From Felis catus (taxonomy: Eukaryota): a stretch of DNA of 64,000 nucleotides. The notes under the pieces were generated by a model. The model saw nothing but the letters and a program-made list of their open reading frames with translations, searched no databases and had not been told where the DNA came from. The stretch is taken from the NCBI RefSeq assembly GCF_018350175.1, contig NC_058368.1, positions 161,946,001 to 162,010,000 of the forward strand. Reading direction: 5' to 3'. A program made the translations under genes and the position numbers. Position 1 is the stretch's first letter. Each line of letters begins with the position of its first letter. Of this stretch, positions 1 to 13,557 are shown one piece after another.

Positions 1-144
1 AAATGCAAGTGGGGGAAGGACAGAGAGCGAGGAGGACAGAGGATTCTAAGCGGGCTCTGCCAGTGAGCCCTCTGTGGGGCTCACAAAGCACAAGATCATG
101 ACCTGAGCCAAAGTCTGACAACAAAGTGAGCCACCTAAGTGCCC
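1..144 (-). mobile_element. Can-SINE (SINEC), cut by the window edge
   Basis: Reverse complement begins GGGGCACTTAGGTGGCTCAC...CTCAGGTCATGATCT, the tRNA-derived Can-SINE head. Confidence 0.9.
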
Positions 145-460
145 CTCCTTTTTAAAAATAATACCTCAAGGGAACTGACTTTTTGCAATATCTATACTAA
201 AATTTTCTTGTTTTCCCCAAATAAAAAAAATACTATAGTGCCTTTGAATAAACTTCATAGAAAACTATGAAGTCTAGTAGAGGAAAATATAAAAGTTAGA
301 TGTGGGCTTTAAAAAACAAAAATCCTAACAAGAAATTATAAATTTTATCATATTGAAATGTTGGGGTTAAGCACAAAATATTATTTCAGAATACATAAAT
401 ACAAAAGGAATAGAAAATAATTACTTTTACCATTTCTACAAAAATACTTCATTTTCTTAG

Positions 461-960
461 GTACAGAATAACAGAGTCTAAATAAGAAAACAGAAACAAC
501 TTCAAGTGTTTAAAACGGAGAAAAGTGAACATAGAGAATTGGCTGCGTGAGTGGTGGAAGACCCGAGTGCCGTATAGAGAGCAGGGAATTGACCCATAAA
601 ATAGTACCAGAAGGAAGCCATTAGCTAGCTGGAATGGAGGGATAGAGAGTCTCAGGAGTTAAATTGATAGATGGAAGGCAGAACCAATGAAGGCCTGTCC
701 AGAGAAGGGAAGCACAGAACAGGATGGAGCTGTACCAGAGATGCTGCCCTAGACAGCCATCTCCAATAAAATACCCACCTTCCTCTCTTTTCCTTTCCCT
801 TCCCAGCCTTCTGCAATGTTCCCCATTAGCCAAAACCACTCAGAAGCACATGGCACCAGAGCCTGGGAAACAGCCTGAAGGGGTCTGCACCCCTGAAAAA
901 CAGAATGGAGGGTGAAGAAGAAGAAAGATCTGTGGGATAACAACTTGAGTCTCAGCTGGA
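461..960 (-). mobile_element. Old ERVL solo LTR, LTR33-like
   Basis: Segments such as CCCCATTAGCCAAAACCACTCAGAAGC...AGAGCCTGGG and AGAAAACAGAAACAACTTCAAGTGTTTAAAAC resemble my recall of the LTR33 consensus. Confidence 0.55.
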
Positions 961-2122
961 ATATCTCAGTCATTTCCTGCCAGGTTCTGAAATTAAAATT
1001 TTGGAGTTAAGGGGGCATGGTGGAGGCAGGGAAGAACACAACAAACAAACTGAAATAATACATGGAGATATCAAAAATATATTTAGATTTTAGAAAAAAT
1101 TCATATTTAAACTCTCAAAGTTTAACAAATAGTTTTCAATGAGATGTTTAATAGCATTTTCATTATCTGACTCTTCAAAACACCTGGCAACACCAAAAAC
1201 ATATTTTCAAAAATACATTTTATTTTTTTTGTATTCAGGGGACTCTGAAATGAATGAATTAGCAATATTTTATTTCCTTTAACTCAAATCTTTTATTCAA
1301 TAAAGAAAGAAAGTTAATACAAGCCCATACTAATTTATATAGTCAATTAGTCAATGATGTTAAATCATTATATTTACATACTAAGCATTTAAAAAATATC
1401 TGTTTGTAGGGAATATACTGGATATTGGAGTATACTCCAAGATACTGGAGGCTACTCAAGAGTCAAAATAATATTTCTTTTACTGATGAATGAGTAAACA
1501 TCAGCCTATTTTTCACCCTTAGGTTGTACAATATCATTAAGCTACTGTACCTTGGAATTATCCATGTTTTTCAAACCCTATTAACAGAAATTAATTCAGT
1601 GAAGTAAAGTGGCATTTTCTCCCAAAGTCCATTATATGTGAACATAGCTCATGATAGTGATCAATTTCACAACTTATTCATCCAAACGTCTTGCATTAAC
1701 ATGGTTTGAATTTATACTAAAAACAATAATATATTGCTGAAAAATATACTAACATTAGCATATTTATAAACCAAAATCTTAAGAAGATAATGTAGTGTCT
1801 CAAGATTATCATACTTAGGAGAGAAGTCACAAAAGATACTTAACTTGTAATTCAAAATGGTAATAATATAGTAAATCATGAAAATGTTTTAATCTCTTAT
1901 TGTGTAGGTCAATGAAATTGTGATTAGTATGAGTTTGGAGGCAAAACATCTTATATATCCTGAGTTACTTTTGTCTTTATAATGAGAGGTAGAGATCCCA
2001 GGGCTAACCGTCAACTCAACCAAAATAATTGCATGAATTTGGAAGAAATTATGTCCCATGAACCATTTTTCACAATTCTTCCTAAAACAAGTGAACAGTG
2101 TGTGTTTGACAGAAAGATTATA

Positions 2123-2322
2123 TTATAGGCTGAATTGTCTGCCCCCAAACTTCATATTTTGAAGTTCTAACCTGCAGTATCTGAGAATTTGACTATATTT
2201 GGAGACAAAATCTATAGAGATGATAAAGTTACAATGAGGTCAGTAGGATGGCCCTGGTCCAAGATGGCTAGTGTCCTCATAAGAAGTGGAAGTTAGAACA
2301 CAAACCCATACAGAAGGAAGAT
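2123..2322 (+). mobile_element. MaLR LTR (MLT1A/B/C-like), 5' half
   Basis: TATAGGCTGAATTGTCTGCCCCCAAACTTCATATTTTGAAGTTCTAACC...ATTTGGAGAC...GTGTCCTCATAAGAAG is a typical MLT1 5' end. Confidence 0.75.
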
Positions 2323-3344
2323 TTGGCCTTTGGTTCCAATTTTCAGGTTACAAACTACTGAACATTTCTTTCCCATCTTTATATTATCATCTTATTTTGT
2401 ATTATTTTCAAGGTCTATCTATACTTTCATGTAGTGAATATCTTACTGAAAGTGACTTTACACTATCTGTGGAATAATATATGATTATTTCTAAAATTCA
2501 TAATTTGACTTGTTTATAAAGGAAAAATATTTTTTTCCTTTATAAATTTCATGCATTTATAAGTATAATGCATTTTAAATTAGTTCTTAACAGCAAGGCA
2601 AGGTGAAGAAATTAAAGGCAAATGACATACAAATTATAAGAAGATTGAAGATGATAGCAACACTGGTTATTATACAGAAAAAAGGAAACCGTAGAATCAT
2701 AGAATCATTGAATCACCTAAATGTCAGAGTCTGTAAACTTGCAGATTTGAACCACATTTGATATTATTTTACCCTCTAGCTCAGGAGTTGTAGGTGAAGT
2801 GAAACAGCTGTAAAAGTCTGGGGTTTTGAAATCATGCTGCTGAAGCACAGGTTATATATACATTAGATTTATTTATTTTATTATATATTTTCCCATAAAT
2901 AAATGTTCTTCCACAGGCAGATTAATCAGTTTGCTATCTCTACAGAATTCAATGCATATTGCCAAGAATGCTATCTAAAACAGGGTCTTCCCTCCAAACC
3001 ACCCCCATTCTCTATCAACTGTCTACATGCTCCTCAACCTCCAAGGATTTGCTAAGGCCTCATTTCTTTCAGAAGCCACCCCAGGTCATAGTGAGATCAT
3101 GTAGATTTTTAATTCTTCTGACCACTGAGTTGTCAAAGTCTTTGTGCCATAAAGTACTGCAGGATGGCCTCATTTGACACTGGAACTTCACCCATGAGAT
3201 TTTTATTAGGCCTGGGATATATGAAAAATGTCATTTTTAAAATATATCTGGTGATGTCTTAGAGTAATGTAAGAAAATAGTGGTATAGGCAGCTGTAAAC
3301 TCTCATACATTCACAGAATCATCAAAAAAATAAAAAAAGACATA

Positions 3345-3750
3345 GGGGCACCTGGGTGGTTCAGTTGCTTAAGTGTCTGACTTGATTTTGGCTCAAGTCA
3401 TGATCTCACAGTCATGAGATCAAGCCCCAGGTCAGGCTGGGCATGGAGCCTGCTTAAGATTGTCTCTCTCCCTGGGTGCCTGGGTGGCTCAGTCTGTTAA
3501 GCATCTGACTTTAGTTCAGGTCATGGTCTCGTGGTTCATGAGTTCAAGCCCCACATCTGGCTCTGTGCTGACAACTTAGAGCCTGGAACCTGCTTCGGAT
3601 TCTGTGTCTCCCTTTCTCTCTGCCACACCCCCACTTGTGCTCTGCCTCTCAAAAATGAATAAACGTTAAAAAAAAATTAAGATTCTCTCTCTCCCTCTCT
3701 TTCTGCCCGTCCCCACCTCAAAATCAAATAAAAAAAATAATAAAATTAAA
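3345..3750 (+). mobile_element. Older Can-SINE interrupted by a second Can-SINE
   Basis: GGGGCACCTGGGTGGTTCAG head at 3345; CT-rich body and A tail resume after 3696. Confidence 0.9.
3474..3678 (+). mobile_element. Feline Can-SINE nested inside another SINE
   Basis: Full head-to-tail SINE flanked by TTAAGATT(G/C)TCTCTCTCCCT at 3454-3473 and 3677-3696. Confidence 0.92.
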
Positions 3751-4199
3751 TTAAATTTTAAAACACAAGCATAAACTGTCAAAATCATATTGTCAAACCT
3801 CTGGAAAATAGTCAAAGGTTTACATCAATTAAGTGAAACTGAATCAAGAAACATGCAAGTTGAAAATGTCAAGAAAGCCTTGTGGTAGTTTTACTTGCCT
3901 TTACCATAGCACCTCCATGATTCAGCAGCAGTCTTAAAGTGGCAGCAGCCGATATTCCCAATGTGGAGCCTTGGTCTCCAGTTCTAGATAGAGCACAGCA
4001 GACCTTATTCACAAATTACTGTGTAAATCGGTTCTGACTCCTCTGGGAGATACCTGAAGGACTGACACAAGGTGTTTGTCTGTTTTGTATAACTTAGAAA
4101 TCAGACTGGAAAAGTGGTAGGCATTGCTCAAAAATACTACAAAGTTAACTAACAAACAGCAGATTCATGAGGCAAAAGATACAAATATTACATTATAAC

Positions 4200-4590
4200 A
4201 TTAATATGCAGAATCTAAAAAATCCAAACTCATAGTAACAGAAATTACAGTGGTGGTTAGCAGGGATTGAGGGTAGAGGAAATGGGGAGATATTGGCCAA
4301 TAATACAAACTTCCAGTTACAAGATGAATAAGTTCTGAGAATCTAATGAATAGCATAGTAATTATAGTTAATAATACTGTGTAATATACCTGAAAGTTTC
4401 TATGAGAGTAGATATTAAATGTTTTCACCATAAAAAAGAAATTTTAATTATGTGAGGTGATGGATGTGTAAGCTAACACTATGGTGGTAATTATTTTACA
4501 ATATGTAAGTGTTTCAAATCACCATCTTGTACATCTTAAACATATAATTTTTAATGTAAATTATATCTCAGTAAAGGTGGGGGAGAGAAA
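4200..4590 (+). mobile_element. L1 3' UTR (L1MA/L1_Carn-like)
   Basis: AAACTTCCAGTTACAAGATGAATAAGTTCTGAGAATCTAATG...TATGTGAGGTGATGGATGTG...TTATATCTCAGTAAAG. Confidence 0.8.
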
Positions 4591-4600
4591 GAAAGCAACA

Positions 4601-4601
<1 letters not shown>

Positions 4602-4634
<33 letters not shown>
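4602..4634. repeat. (CA)n microsatellite
   Basis: Directly visible CA run. Confidence 0.95.
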
Positions 4635-4636
<2 letters not shown>

Positions 4637-4639
4637 AAC

Positions 4640-4790
4640 AGATAATTGAACAATGCTGTAATCCACCAGACTTAACAGACATGTATAAAACAGCCCACCA
4701 AAACAATAGTGGAATATACTTTCTTTTCAAATGCACATGGAATATTCTCCAGAATATACCATATACTACACCAAAAAATTTTTCTATTAA
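4640..4790 (+). mobile_element. Old L1 ORF2 endonuclease fragment
   Basis: Translates in part to EYTFFSNAHGIFSRIYHIL, an L1 endonuclease motif. Confidence 0.8.
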
Positions 4791-5537
4791 GTTTAAAAAG
4801 TGTGAAATTAAAAAGTGAGAAATGAGGGGTAGCTGACTGCTGGTTGGTGAGAGCACAGAGTTCTGATCCTATAGACTGGGAAACTGTATAACACCATTTT
4901 CATCTCTCCAGTGCTTGCACATACATGCAAATGTGCACCACACATATCCACACAAATAAGCTAAGCAGCACCACCTAGTGGAGAACAGAGTCCTTACACC
5001 AAGCCCCATCCAACTGCACCAACCAAGCCCTAAAAGGCCAACAGAAGTCTCTCCCCCTGCTTAGTATACGGAGTATAAACTGCTTTATAGTTTGACTTAT
5101 AGGTGAAAATGGATGTAATTTAATTTGTATTTCATTCGGTTTTCTGGTCCATCTATTCATTTTTTTTCTTTTTCTTTTTTTTTTTTTGCTTATTCTTGGA
5201 TACAGAAAGAGAAAAAAATATTTTATTTTCAGTTTTTATAAACAAAATAGTTTTGTTTTTACTATATATTTTTATTTTTTATACATTTTTATTCTAGTTT
5301 ACTTTTTTCATTTTATTCTATCTTATTGTCTACATTTAAAAAAATTTAAGGTTTTCTAACTTTTTTCTTTCTGTTTTCTTTTCTTTTCTTTTCCTTAATT
5401 CTCCCTTCTGTCAAGCTTCTTTCAACACCCAGACCAAAATACACCTCGGATTTAGCTTACTTTATTTGACTTTTTGTGTGTTGTTTTTAATTTTTTTTGG
5501 TTTAAAATTTTATTTTATAAATTTTTTTTTCCTCCAA

Positions 5538-6409
5538 ATGACAAAACAAAGGAATTCACCCCAAAAGAAAGAAAAGGAAGAAATGACTTAATCAACACAG
5601 ATATAAGCAAGATGTCTGAAAAATAATATTGAATGAAGGTAATAAGAATACTAGCTGGGGTTGAAAAAAGTATAGGATCCCTTTCTGTGGATATAAAAGA
5701 AGTAAAATCTAGTCAGGACTAAATTAAACATGCTATAACTGATATGCAATCTTGAATGGATGCCATGGCGGCAAGAATGGATGAAGCAGAGCAGCGAATC
5801 AATGACATAGAAGACAGAATTGTGGAGAGTAATGAAACAGGACAAAAGAAGGAAACTAAGGGAAAAGAACATGGTATAAGAAATAGAGAACTCAGTGACA
5901 CATTAAAAGGAATAACATGAGAATCATAGGGGTCCCAGATGATGAATAAAGAGAAAAAGGGGTAAAATGTTTATGTGAACAAATCATGGTAGAAAACTTT
6001 CCTAACCTGGGGAAAGACATAGACATTAAAATCCAGGAAGCAAAGAGAACTCCCATTATATTCAACAAAAACCGACCATCAACAAGGCATTTCATAGTCA
6101 AATTCACAAAATACACAGACAAAGACAGAGTTATGAAAGCAACAAGGGAAAAAAGTCCCTACCCTACAGTGGAAGACAGATCAGGTGTGCAACAGACCTA
6201 TCCACAGAAACTTGTCAGGCCAGAAAGGAGAGGCAAGATATATTCAATGTGCTGAATCAGAAAAAAAAATGCAACAAAGAATTCTTTATCCAGCAAGACT
6301 GTCATTCAAAATAGGAGGAGAGATAAAGAGTTTCCCAGACAAACAAAAACCAAAAGAGTTTGTGACCACTAAACCAGCCCTGCAAGAAATTTTAAGGGGG
6401 ACTCTCTGA
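5538..6409 (+). pseudogene. L1 ORF1p, disrupted
   Basis: ORF pieces 5986-6255 (ENFPNLGKDIDIKIQEAKRTP) and 6185-6409 (RILYPARLSFKIGGEIKSFPDKQK). Confidence 0.9.
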
Positions 6410-6507
6410 GGGGAGAAAAGGTGAAACAAAACAAAAATACCAAAAGCTGCAAAAACTAGAAGGGACCAGATAAAACCACCAGTTACTCCAACTCCCCAGG
6501 CAACGCA

Positions 6508-9500
6508 ATGGCAATAAATTCATATTTTTCAGTATTCACTCTAAATGTCAATGGACTAAGTGCTCCAATCAAAAGACATAGGGATGCAGAATGGATAAGA
6601 AAACATGATATACACCTATATGCTGTTTACAAGAGACCATTTTAGACCTAAAAACACTTTTCAAATTGAAAGTAAGGGCATGGTGAACCATCTATCATGT
6701 TAATGGTCACCAAAAGAAAGCCAGAGTAGCCATACTTATATCAGACAATCTATATTTTAAAATAAAGACTGTAACAAGAGATGAAGATGGGCATTATATC
6801 ATAATTAAGAGGTCTATCCACCAAGAAGACCTAACAATTGTAAACATTTATGCCCTCAACCTGAAATTACCCAAATATATAAATCAGCTAATCACAAACA
6901 TAAAGAAACTCATTGACAATAATACCATAATAGTAGGGGCTTTAATACGCCAGTTACAACAATGGACAGATCATCTAAATAGAAAATTAACAAGGTAACA
7001 ATGGCTTTGAATGACACACTGGGCCAGATGGACTTAACAGATACATTCAGAACATTTCATCCTAACGCAGCAGAATATACATTCTTCTCCAGTGCACATG
7101 GGGCATTCTCCAGAAGAGATCACATACTGAGACACAAATCAGCCCTCAACAGCTACAAAAATATCGAGATCATACCGTGCATATTTTCAGACCTCAATAC
7201 TAAGAAACTCAAAATCAACCACAATAAAAAATTGGGAAAGATAAAAAATACTTGGCGACTAAGGAACATCCTACTAAAGAATGAATGGGCTAACAAAGAA
7301 GTTAAAGAGGAATTTGAAAAGTACATGGAAGCCAATGAAAATGATAACGCCACAGCCCAAAACTGTGGGATGCAGCAAAGGTGGTCATAAAAGGGAAATA
7401 TATATCAATCCAAGTCTTCCTTAAAAAGGAAGAAAGGTCTCAGATACACAGCCTAACCTTATACCATAAACAGCTAGGGAAAAAAAAGTAAATAAAACCG
7501 AAAAACCAGCAGAAAATGGGAAATAGTAAAGATTAGAATAGAAATCAATGCAATAGAAACCAAAGAAACAGTAAAACATATCAATGTAACCAGGAGCTGG
7601 TTCTTTGAAAGAATTAACAAAATTGGTAAACCCCTAGCCAGTTTTATCAAAAAAAAAAAAGTTAAGACCCAAATAAATAAAATCACGAATGAAAGAGAAG
7701 GAGATCACAACCAACCCAGCAAAAATACAAACAATAATAAGAAAATATTATGAGCAATTATATGCCAATAAATTGGGCAATCTGGAAAAAATGGACAAAT
7801 TCCTAGAAACATATAAACTGCCAAAAGTAAAACAGGAAGAAATAGAAAATTTGAACAGACCCATAACAAGTAAAGAAATTTGAATTAATAATCAAAAATT
7901 TCCCAAAACAAGAGTCCAAGTTGAGACAGTTTCCAGGGAATTCTACCAAGTATTTAAAGAGGAATTAACATCTATTCTTTTGAAGCTGTTCCCCCCCCCA
8001 AAAAAATAGACATAGGAGGTAAATTTCCAAATGCATGCTATGATTCCAGTATTACCTTGATTTCAAAACTAAAGACCCCAGTAAAAAAGAACTACAGACA
8101 ATTTACCTGATGAATATGGATGCAAAAATTCTCAACAAGACAATAGCTAACCGGATCCAACAATGCATTAAAGAATTATTCACCATGATCAAGTGGGATT
8201 TATACCTGGGATGCAGGGCTGGTTCAATATCTGCAAATCAATCAATGTGATACATCACAATAGTAAAAGAAAGGATAAGAACTGCATGATACTTTCAACA
8301 GATGCAGAGAAAGCTTTTGACAAAATATAGCATCCTTTCTTGATAAAAACCTCACGAAAGTAGGGATAGAAGGATCATACTTCAAGATCGTAAAAGCCAT
8401 ATATGAGAGACACACTGCTAACATCATCCTCAATGGGAAAAAACTGAGAGCTTTCCCCCTAAGGTCAGGAGCAAGACAGGAATGTCCATGCTAGACACTG
8501 CTATTCAACATTGTATTGGAAGTCCTAGCCTCAGCAGTCAGACAACACAAGGAAATAAAAGCCATCTAAATCAGCAAGGAGGATGTCAAACTTTCACTTT
8601 TCTCAGATAACATGATACTCTATATGAAAAACCCAAAAGATTCCACCAAAAAACTGCTAGAACTGATCCAGGAATTCAGCAAAATTGCAGGATATAAAAT
8701 CAATGCATAGATATTGGTTGCATTTCTATACACCAATAATGAAGCAACAGAAAGAGAAATCAGGGAATTGATCCCATTTACAATTGCACCAAAAATCTTA
8801 AAATACCTCAGAATAATCCTAACCAAAGAGCTAAAAAATATGTACATGGAAAACTATAGAAAGCTTATGAAAGAAATTAAAGAAGACACAAAAAAATGGA
8901 AAAACATTCCATGCTCATGGATTGGAAGAATAAATATTGTTAAAATGTTGATACTACCCAAAGAAATTTGCATATTCACTACAATCCCTATCAAAATAAC
9001 ACCAGCATTCTTCACAGAACTAGAACAAACAATACTAACATTTGTAGGGAACCTGAAAATACTCTAAATAGCCAAAGCAATCCTGGAAAGGAGTACCAAA
9101 GCTGGAGACATCACAATCCTGCACTTCAAGTTGTATTACAATGCAATATTCATGAAGACAGTATGGTACTGGCATAAAAACAGACACTGAGATCAATGGA
9201 ACAGAATAGAGAGCCCAGAAATGGACCCACAAATGTATGGCCAACTAATCTTTGACAAAGCGGGAAAGAATAAACAATGGAATGAAGACAGTCTCTTCAG
9301 CCAATGGTTTTGGGAAAACTGGATAGCCTCATGCAGGAAAATTAAACATGGACCACTTTCTTACACCATATACAAAAATAAACTCTAAATGGATGAAAGA
9401 CCTAAATGTAAGATAGGAAGCCATCAACATCCTAGAGGAGAAAGCAGGAGAAAACCTCTTTGGCCAAAGGTACAGCAATTTCTTACTCAATATGTCTCCA

Positions 9501-10175
9501 GAGGCAATGGAAACAAAAGCAAAACTGAACTCTTGGGACCACATCAAGATAAAAAGCTTCTGCATAGCAAAGGAAACAATCAGCAAAACTAAAAGGCAAC
9601 TGACAGAAAAGGAGATGAAGTTTGCAGATGACATTATCAGATGAAGGGTTAGTATCCAAAATCTATAAAGAACTCATCAAACTCAACACCCAAAAAACAA
9701 ATAATCCAGTGAAGAAATAGGCAAAAGATATGAAAAGACACTTTTCCAAAGAAGACATCCAGATGGCTAGCAGACACATGAAAAAATGCTGAACATCACT
9801 CGTTATCATGGATATACAAATCAAAACTACAGTGAGATACCACGTTACACCATTCAGAATGGCTAAAATGAACAACTCAGGCAACAGCAGATGTTGGCAA
9901 GGATGCAGAGAAAGAAGAACCCTTTTGCACTGCTGGTGGGAATGCAAATTGATGCAGCCACTCTGGAAAGCAATATGGAGATTCCTCAAAAAATTAAAGG
10001 TAGAACTACCTTATGACCCAGAAATTGCACTACTAGGTATTTATCCAGAGGATACAGGTGTGCTGTTTTGAAGGGTTACATGCACTCCAGTGTTTATAGC
10101 AGTGCTACTGACCATAGCCAAAGTATGGAAAGAGTCCAAATGTCCATTGACAGATGAATGGATAAAGAAGAAGTG

Positions 10176-10221
<46 letters not shown>

Positions 10222-10310
10222 CAGTATTACTTGTCAATCAAAAATAATGAAATCTTGCCTGTTGTGCCAATGGAACTAGAATGTATTATGCTAAGAGAAA
10301 TTAGTCTCAG
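6508..10310 (+). pseudogene. L1 ORF2p (endonuclease/reverse transcriptase), disrupted
   Basis: ORF pieces 7001-7390, 7689-7883, 8714-9067 and 9808-10071 match L1 ORF2p; the catalytic FADD motif reads FSDN near 8600. Confidence 0.92.
10180..10220. repeat. (TA)n microsatellite inside L1
   Basis: Directly visible. Confidence 0.95.
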
Positions 10311-10649
10311 AAAGACCAACATCATATGACTTCACTCATATGTGGAATTTAACATACAAAACAGATGAATATAAGGGAAGGGAAGCAAACAATATAAAAA
10401 CAGGGAGGGCACAAAACATAAGAGACTCAAATATAGAGAACAAACTGAGGGTTGCTGTAGGTTTGTGGGTGGGGAATGGGCTAAATGGACAAGGGGAATT
10501 AAGGAAGACACTTGCTGGGATGAACCCTTGGTGTTATATATGGGGGATGAATCACTGGATTCTATTCCTGAAATCATTATTGCATTGCATGCTAACTAAC
10601 TTGGATGTAAACTAAAAAAAAAATTTTAAATTAGTTCATAAAAAAATTA

Positions 10650-13225
10650 TACAATATGATCAAGTGGGATTTAATTCAGGAAATCAAGGGTAGTTTCATT
10701 TAGGAAGGTAATACTTATGTAATAAGTCACATGATTAGAACAAAGAAAAAATTATCATCTCAACTAATATAGAAAAAGAACATTTGATGAGATCCAATAT
10801 GCTTTCATGATAAAAAACCCTCAGAAAACTAGGTATAGAAATAAACTTCCTGAACATGATAAAGCACATTTATGAAAAACCCACACTTAACATCATACTC
10901 AGTGGACATAGACTAAAATTATTCCCAAAATCAGGAACAAGTCAAAAATGCTGCTTTCACCACTGCTGTTTGACATTGTACTAGAAGTTCTAGCCAGAGC
11001 AATTGGACATGAGAAGGAAAAAAAATCAGAAAATAAGAGCTAAAATCTATTCAAAGATAACATTGTCATATGTACAGAATTTTTTTAAAAATCCAGAAGG
11101 AAGGTGCTTGAACTTCTAAAGAAATTAGTAAAGTTTCACGGTAAATATTACAAACAAAAGTCAGTTGTGATTTTATATTACAGCAATGACAACTTGAAAA
11201 ATAATTAGAAAAGTAATTATATTTCCAATCATCTAAAATAATGCATTACAAAATACCTAGGAATATATTTAACAAGAAAATGAAAGACTCATATTCTAAG
11301 AAGTATAAAGCATAACTGAAATTAAAGAAGACCTAAATAAATGGAAATATGTCCCATGTTTACAAATGAGAAAACAATTAAGATGTCAATACTACTCAAC
11401 ACAACTTCCTATTACACACTCCCTATCACTTAGATTCACTACCCTGTCAAAATTACAACAGTCTTTTTTTTTGCAGAAATGGAGAAATGCTCAAATTCAT
11501 TTGGAATTGTATGCAGTATCACATAACTAAAAAAATCTTGAAAAACAAGGACAATGTTTGGAGACTCTCATTTACCAACTTCAAAAATTACAACAAAACT
11601 ACTATTTGGACAGTGTGGTACTGACATAAGGATAGATATATAAGCCAATGAAATAGAATTGAAATCCTAGAAATAAGTGTATATATTTGTAGTCTATTGA
11701 TTTTTGACAAGGGTTCCAAGTCGATTCGATGGGGCAAAAAGTTTCCCAGAAGAGATGGTGCTTGGACAACTGAATTTCCACATGCAGAAGAATGAAGTTG
11801 GACCTATTAAGTTGAAATGGATGAATGACCTAAATATATTTGCTGAAACCATAAAACTCTTAGAGGAAAACATACGGGTAAATCTTTATGTCCATTGATT
11901 TGGCAATCAATTGGTAGATATGATATCAAAAGCCTGAGGAAAAAAGGGAAAAAAATAAATTGGGCTTCACCAAAATTTAAAACTTTTGTTCATCAAAGGA
12001 CACTATCAAGAAAATTAAAAGATGAATTACAGATTGGGAGAAAATATTTGAAAATCATATGTCTGACAAAGGCTTATATCTAGGGTAGATAAAGAATTTC
12101 TATAACTCTGTCTTAGTCCATTCAGGCTGCTATAAAAAAAACAACAACAACAACAAAAAAACAGAAATTGGGTAACCTAAAGAACAAACATGTATTTCTT
12201 ACAATTCTGGAGGCTCAGAATTCCAAGATCAAGACTCTGGAAGATTTGATGGCTGATGAGAACCCACTTCCTGGTCTCTACCTGAAGGGTTTTTTTGCTG
12301 TGTCTTTAAATGGTGGAAAGGGTGTTGAAGCTTTCTGGGGTCTCTTTCGTAAGGACAGTAATCTCGTTCATGGGGTCTCTACCCTGATGATCCCACTGTC
12401 TCCCAACAGACCCAGTTCCAAATGCCACCAAATTGGGAGTTAGGTTTCAACATATGGTTTTATGGGGCAACACAAACACCAGCCTGTAGCTAACTAAACA
12501 ATAAAAAGATAAACAGCCCACTTAAATGGGCAAAGGGCTTGAATAGAGTTTCTCCAAAAAAGATATACAAATGGCCAGTTAACACATGAAAAGATGATTG
12601 CTATCACTAATCACTAGGGAAATGCAAATCAAAACCACAAAATGCAAATCAAGATACCACTTTATATTCATTAGAATGACTACGACTAAAAAACAAACAA
12701 AATAACAAGTATTAGTAACTTGTTCCAATTGTAAAAAAATTGAAGCACTTGTACATTGTGATAGGAATATAGAGTAGCCACCCAGAAAAAGTTGAGGGTT
12801 CCCCAAAAAGCTGAACATGTAATATACATATGACCAAGCAATTTCACTTCTAGGGATATACCAAAATAACTAAAACCAGGGACTCAAATAGATACCTGTA
12901 TGCCAGTGTGATTTTAGCATTATTAACAATAGCCAGAAGTTGGAGATAATCCATTTATTCATCAATAGATGAATGGATTAACAAAATGTGGTGAATGGAT
13001 ACAATGGGATATTATTCAGCCTTAAAAGTGAATGAAATTCTGATACATACTACAACATAAATGATCACTGGAAACAGGATGCTAAGTGAGATAACTCAGA
13101 TTTGAAAAAACAAACATTGTATAATCCATTTATATGAAATATCTAGAATAGGCAAATTCATAAAGACAGAAAGTGTATTAGAGGTTACCAGGGGCTAGAA
13201 GAGGTGGGAATCCTTCAGGTAATAG
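10650..13225 (+). mobile_element. Old L1 (L1MB-like) ORF2 RT region through 3' UTR
   Basis: Starts TATGATCAAGTGGGATTT (DQVGF); continues with degenerate ORF2 (LEVLARAI, QIKTT) and a 3'UTR ending ATAGGCAAATTCATAAAGACAGAAAG. Confidence 0.85.
12109..12491 (-). mobile_element. MLT1A-like MaLR solo LTR inserted in the old L1
   Basis: Begins TGTCTTAGTCCATTCAGGCTGCTATA; ends TTTCAACATATGG...CAGCCTGTAGC; probable 5-bp TSD AACTC/AACTA. Confidence 0.85.
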
Positions 13226-13231
13226 AAATTA

Positions 13232-13237
13232 TGTATG

Positions 13238-13285
<48 letters not shown>

Positions 13286-13342
13286 CACACATATGTATAT
13301 ACACACACACAAATATGCATATATATTTATATATATATACAC
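13232..13342. repeat. (TA)n/(CA)n compound microsatellite
   Basis: Directly visible. Confidence 0.9.
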
Positions 13343-13393
13343 AATAAAATAAAGAAGTTTATAATGTATAAAATAATTATATATAAAAAAGTA

Positions 13394-13524
13394 GGGGCCC
13401 ATGGGTGGCTCAGTCAGTGGAGTGTCCAACTCGATTTCAGCTCAGATCATGATCCCAGGGGCATGGGATCAAGCCCGGCATTGGTCTCCTCAATGAGTGT
13501 GAAGCCTGTTTAAGATTCTCTCTC

Positions 13525-13557
<33 letters not shown>

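Larger units (their letters stand above)
4820..10622 (+). mobile_element. Near-full-length carnivore LINE-1, inactive
   Basis: T-rich 5'UTR; ORF1 from ATG 5538 to TGA 6409 (RILYPARLSF, KPALQEIL); ORF2 from ATG 6508 ([22 protein letters not shown]-like zinc knuckle in shifted frames); 3'UTR and A tail near 10615; many stops and frameshifts; the 5' boundary is approximate. Confidence 0.95.

Noticed and set aside
5538..10310. L1 ORF1/ORF2 as functional genes
   Set aside because: Multiple stops and frameshifts, FADD changed to FSDN, and a (TA)n insertion; not retrotransposition-competent
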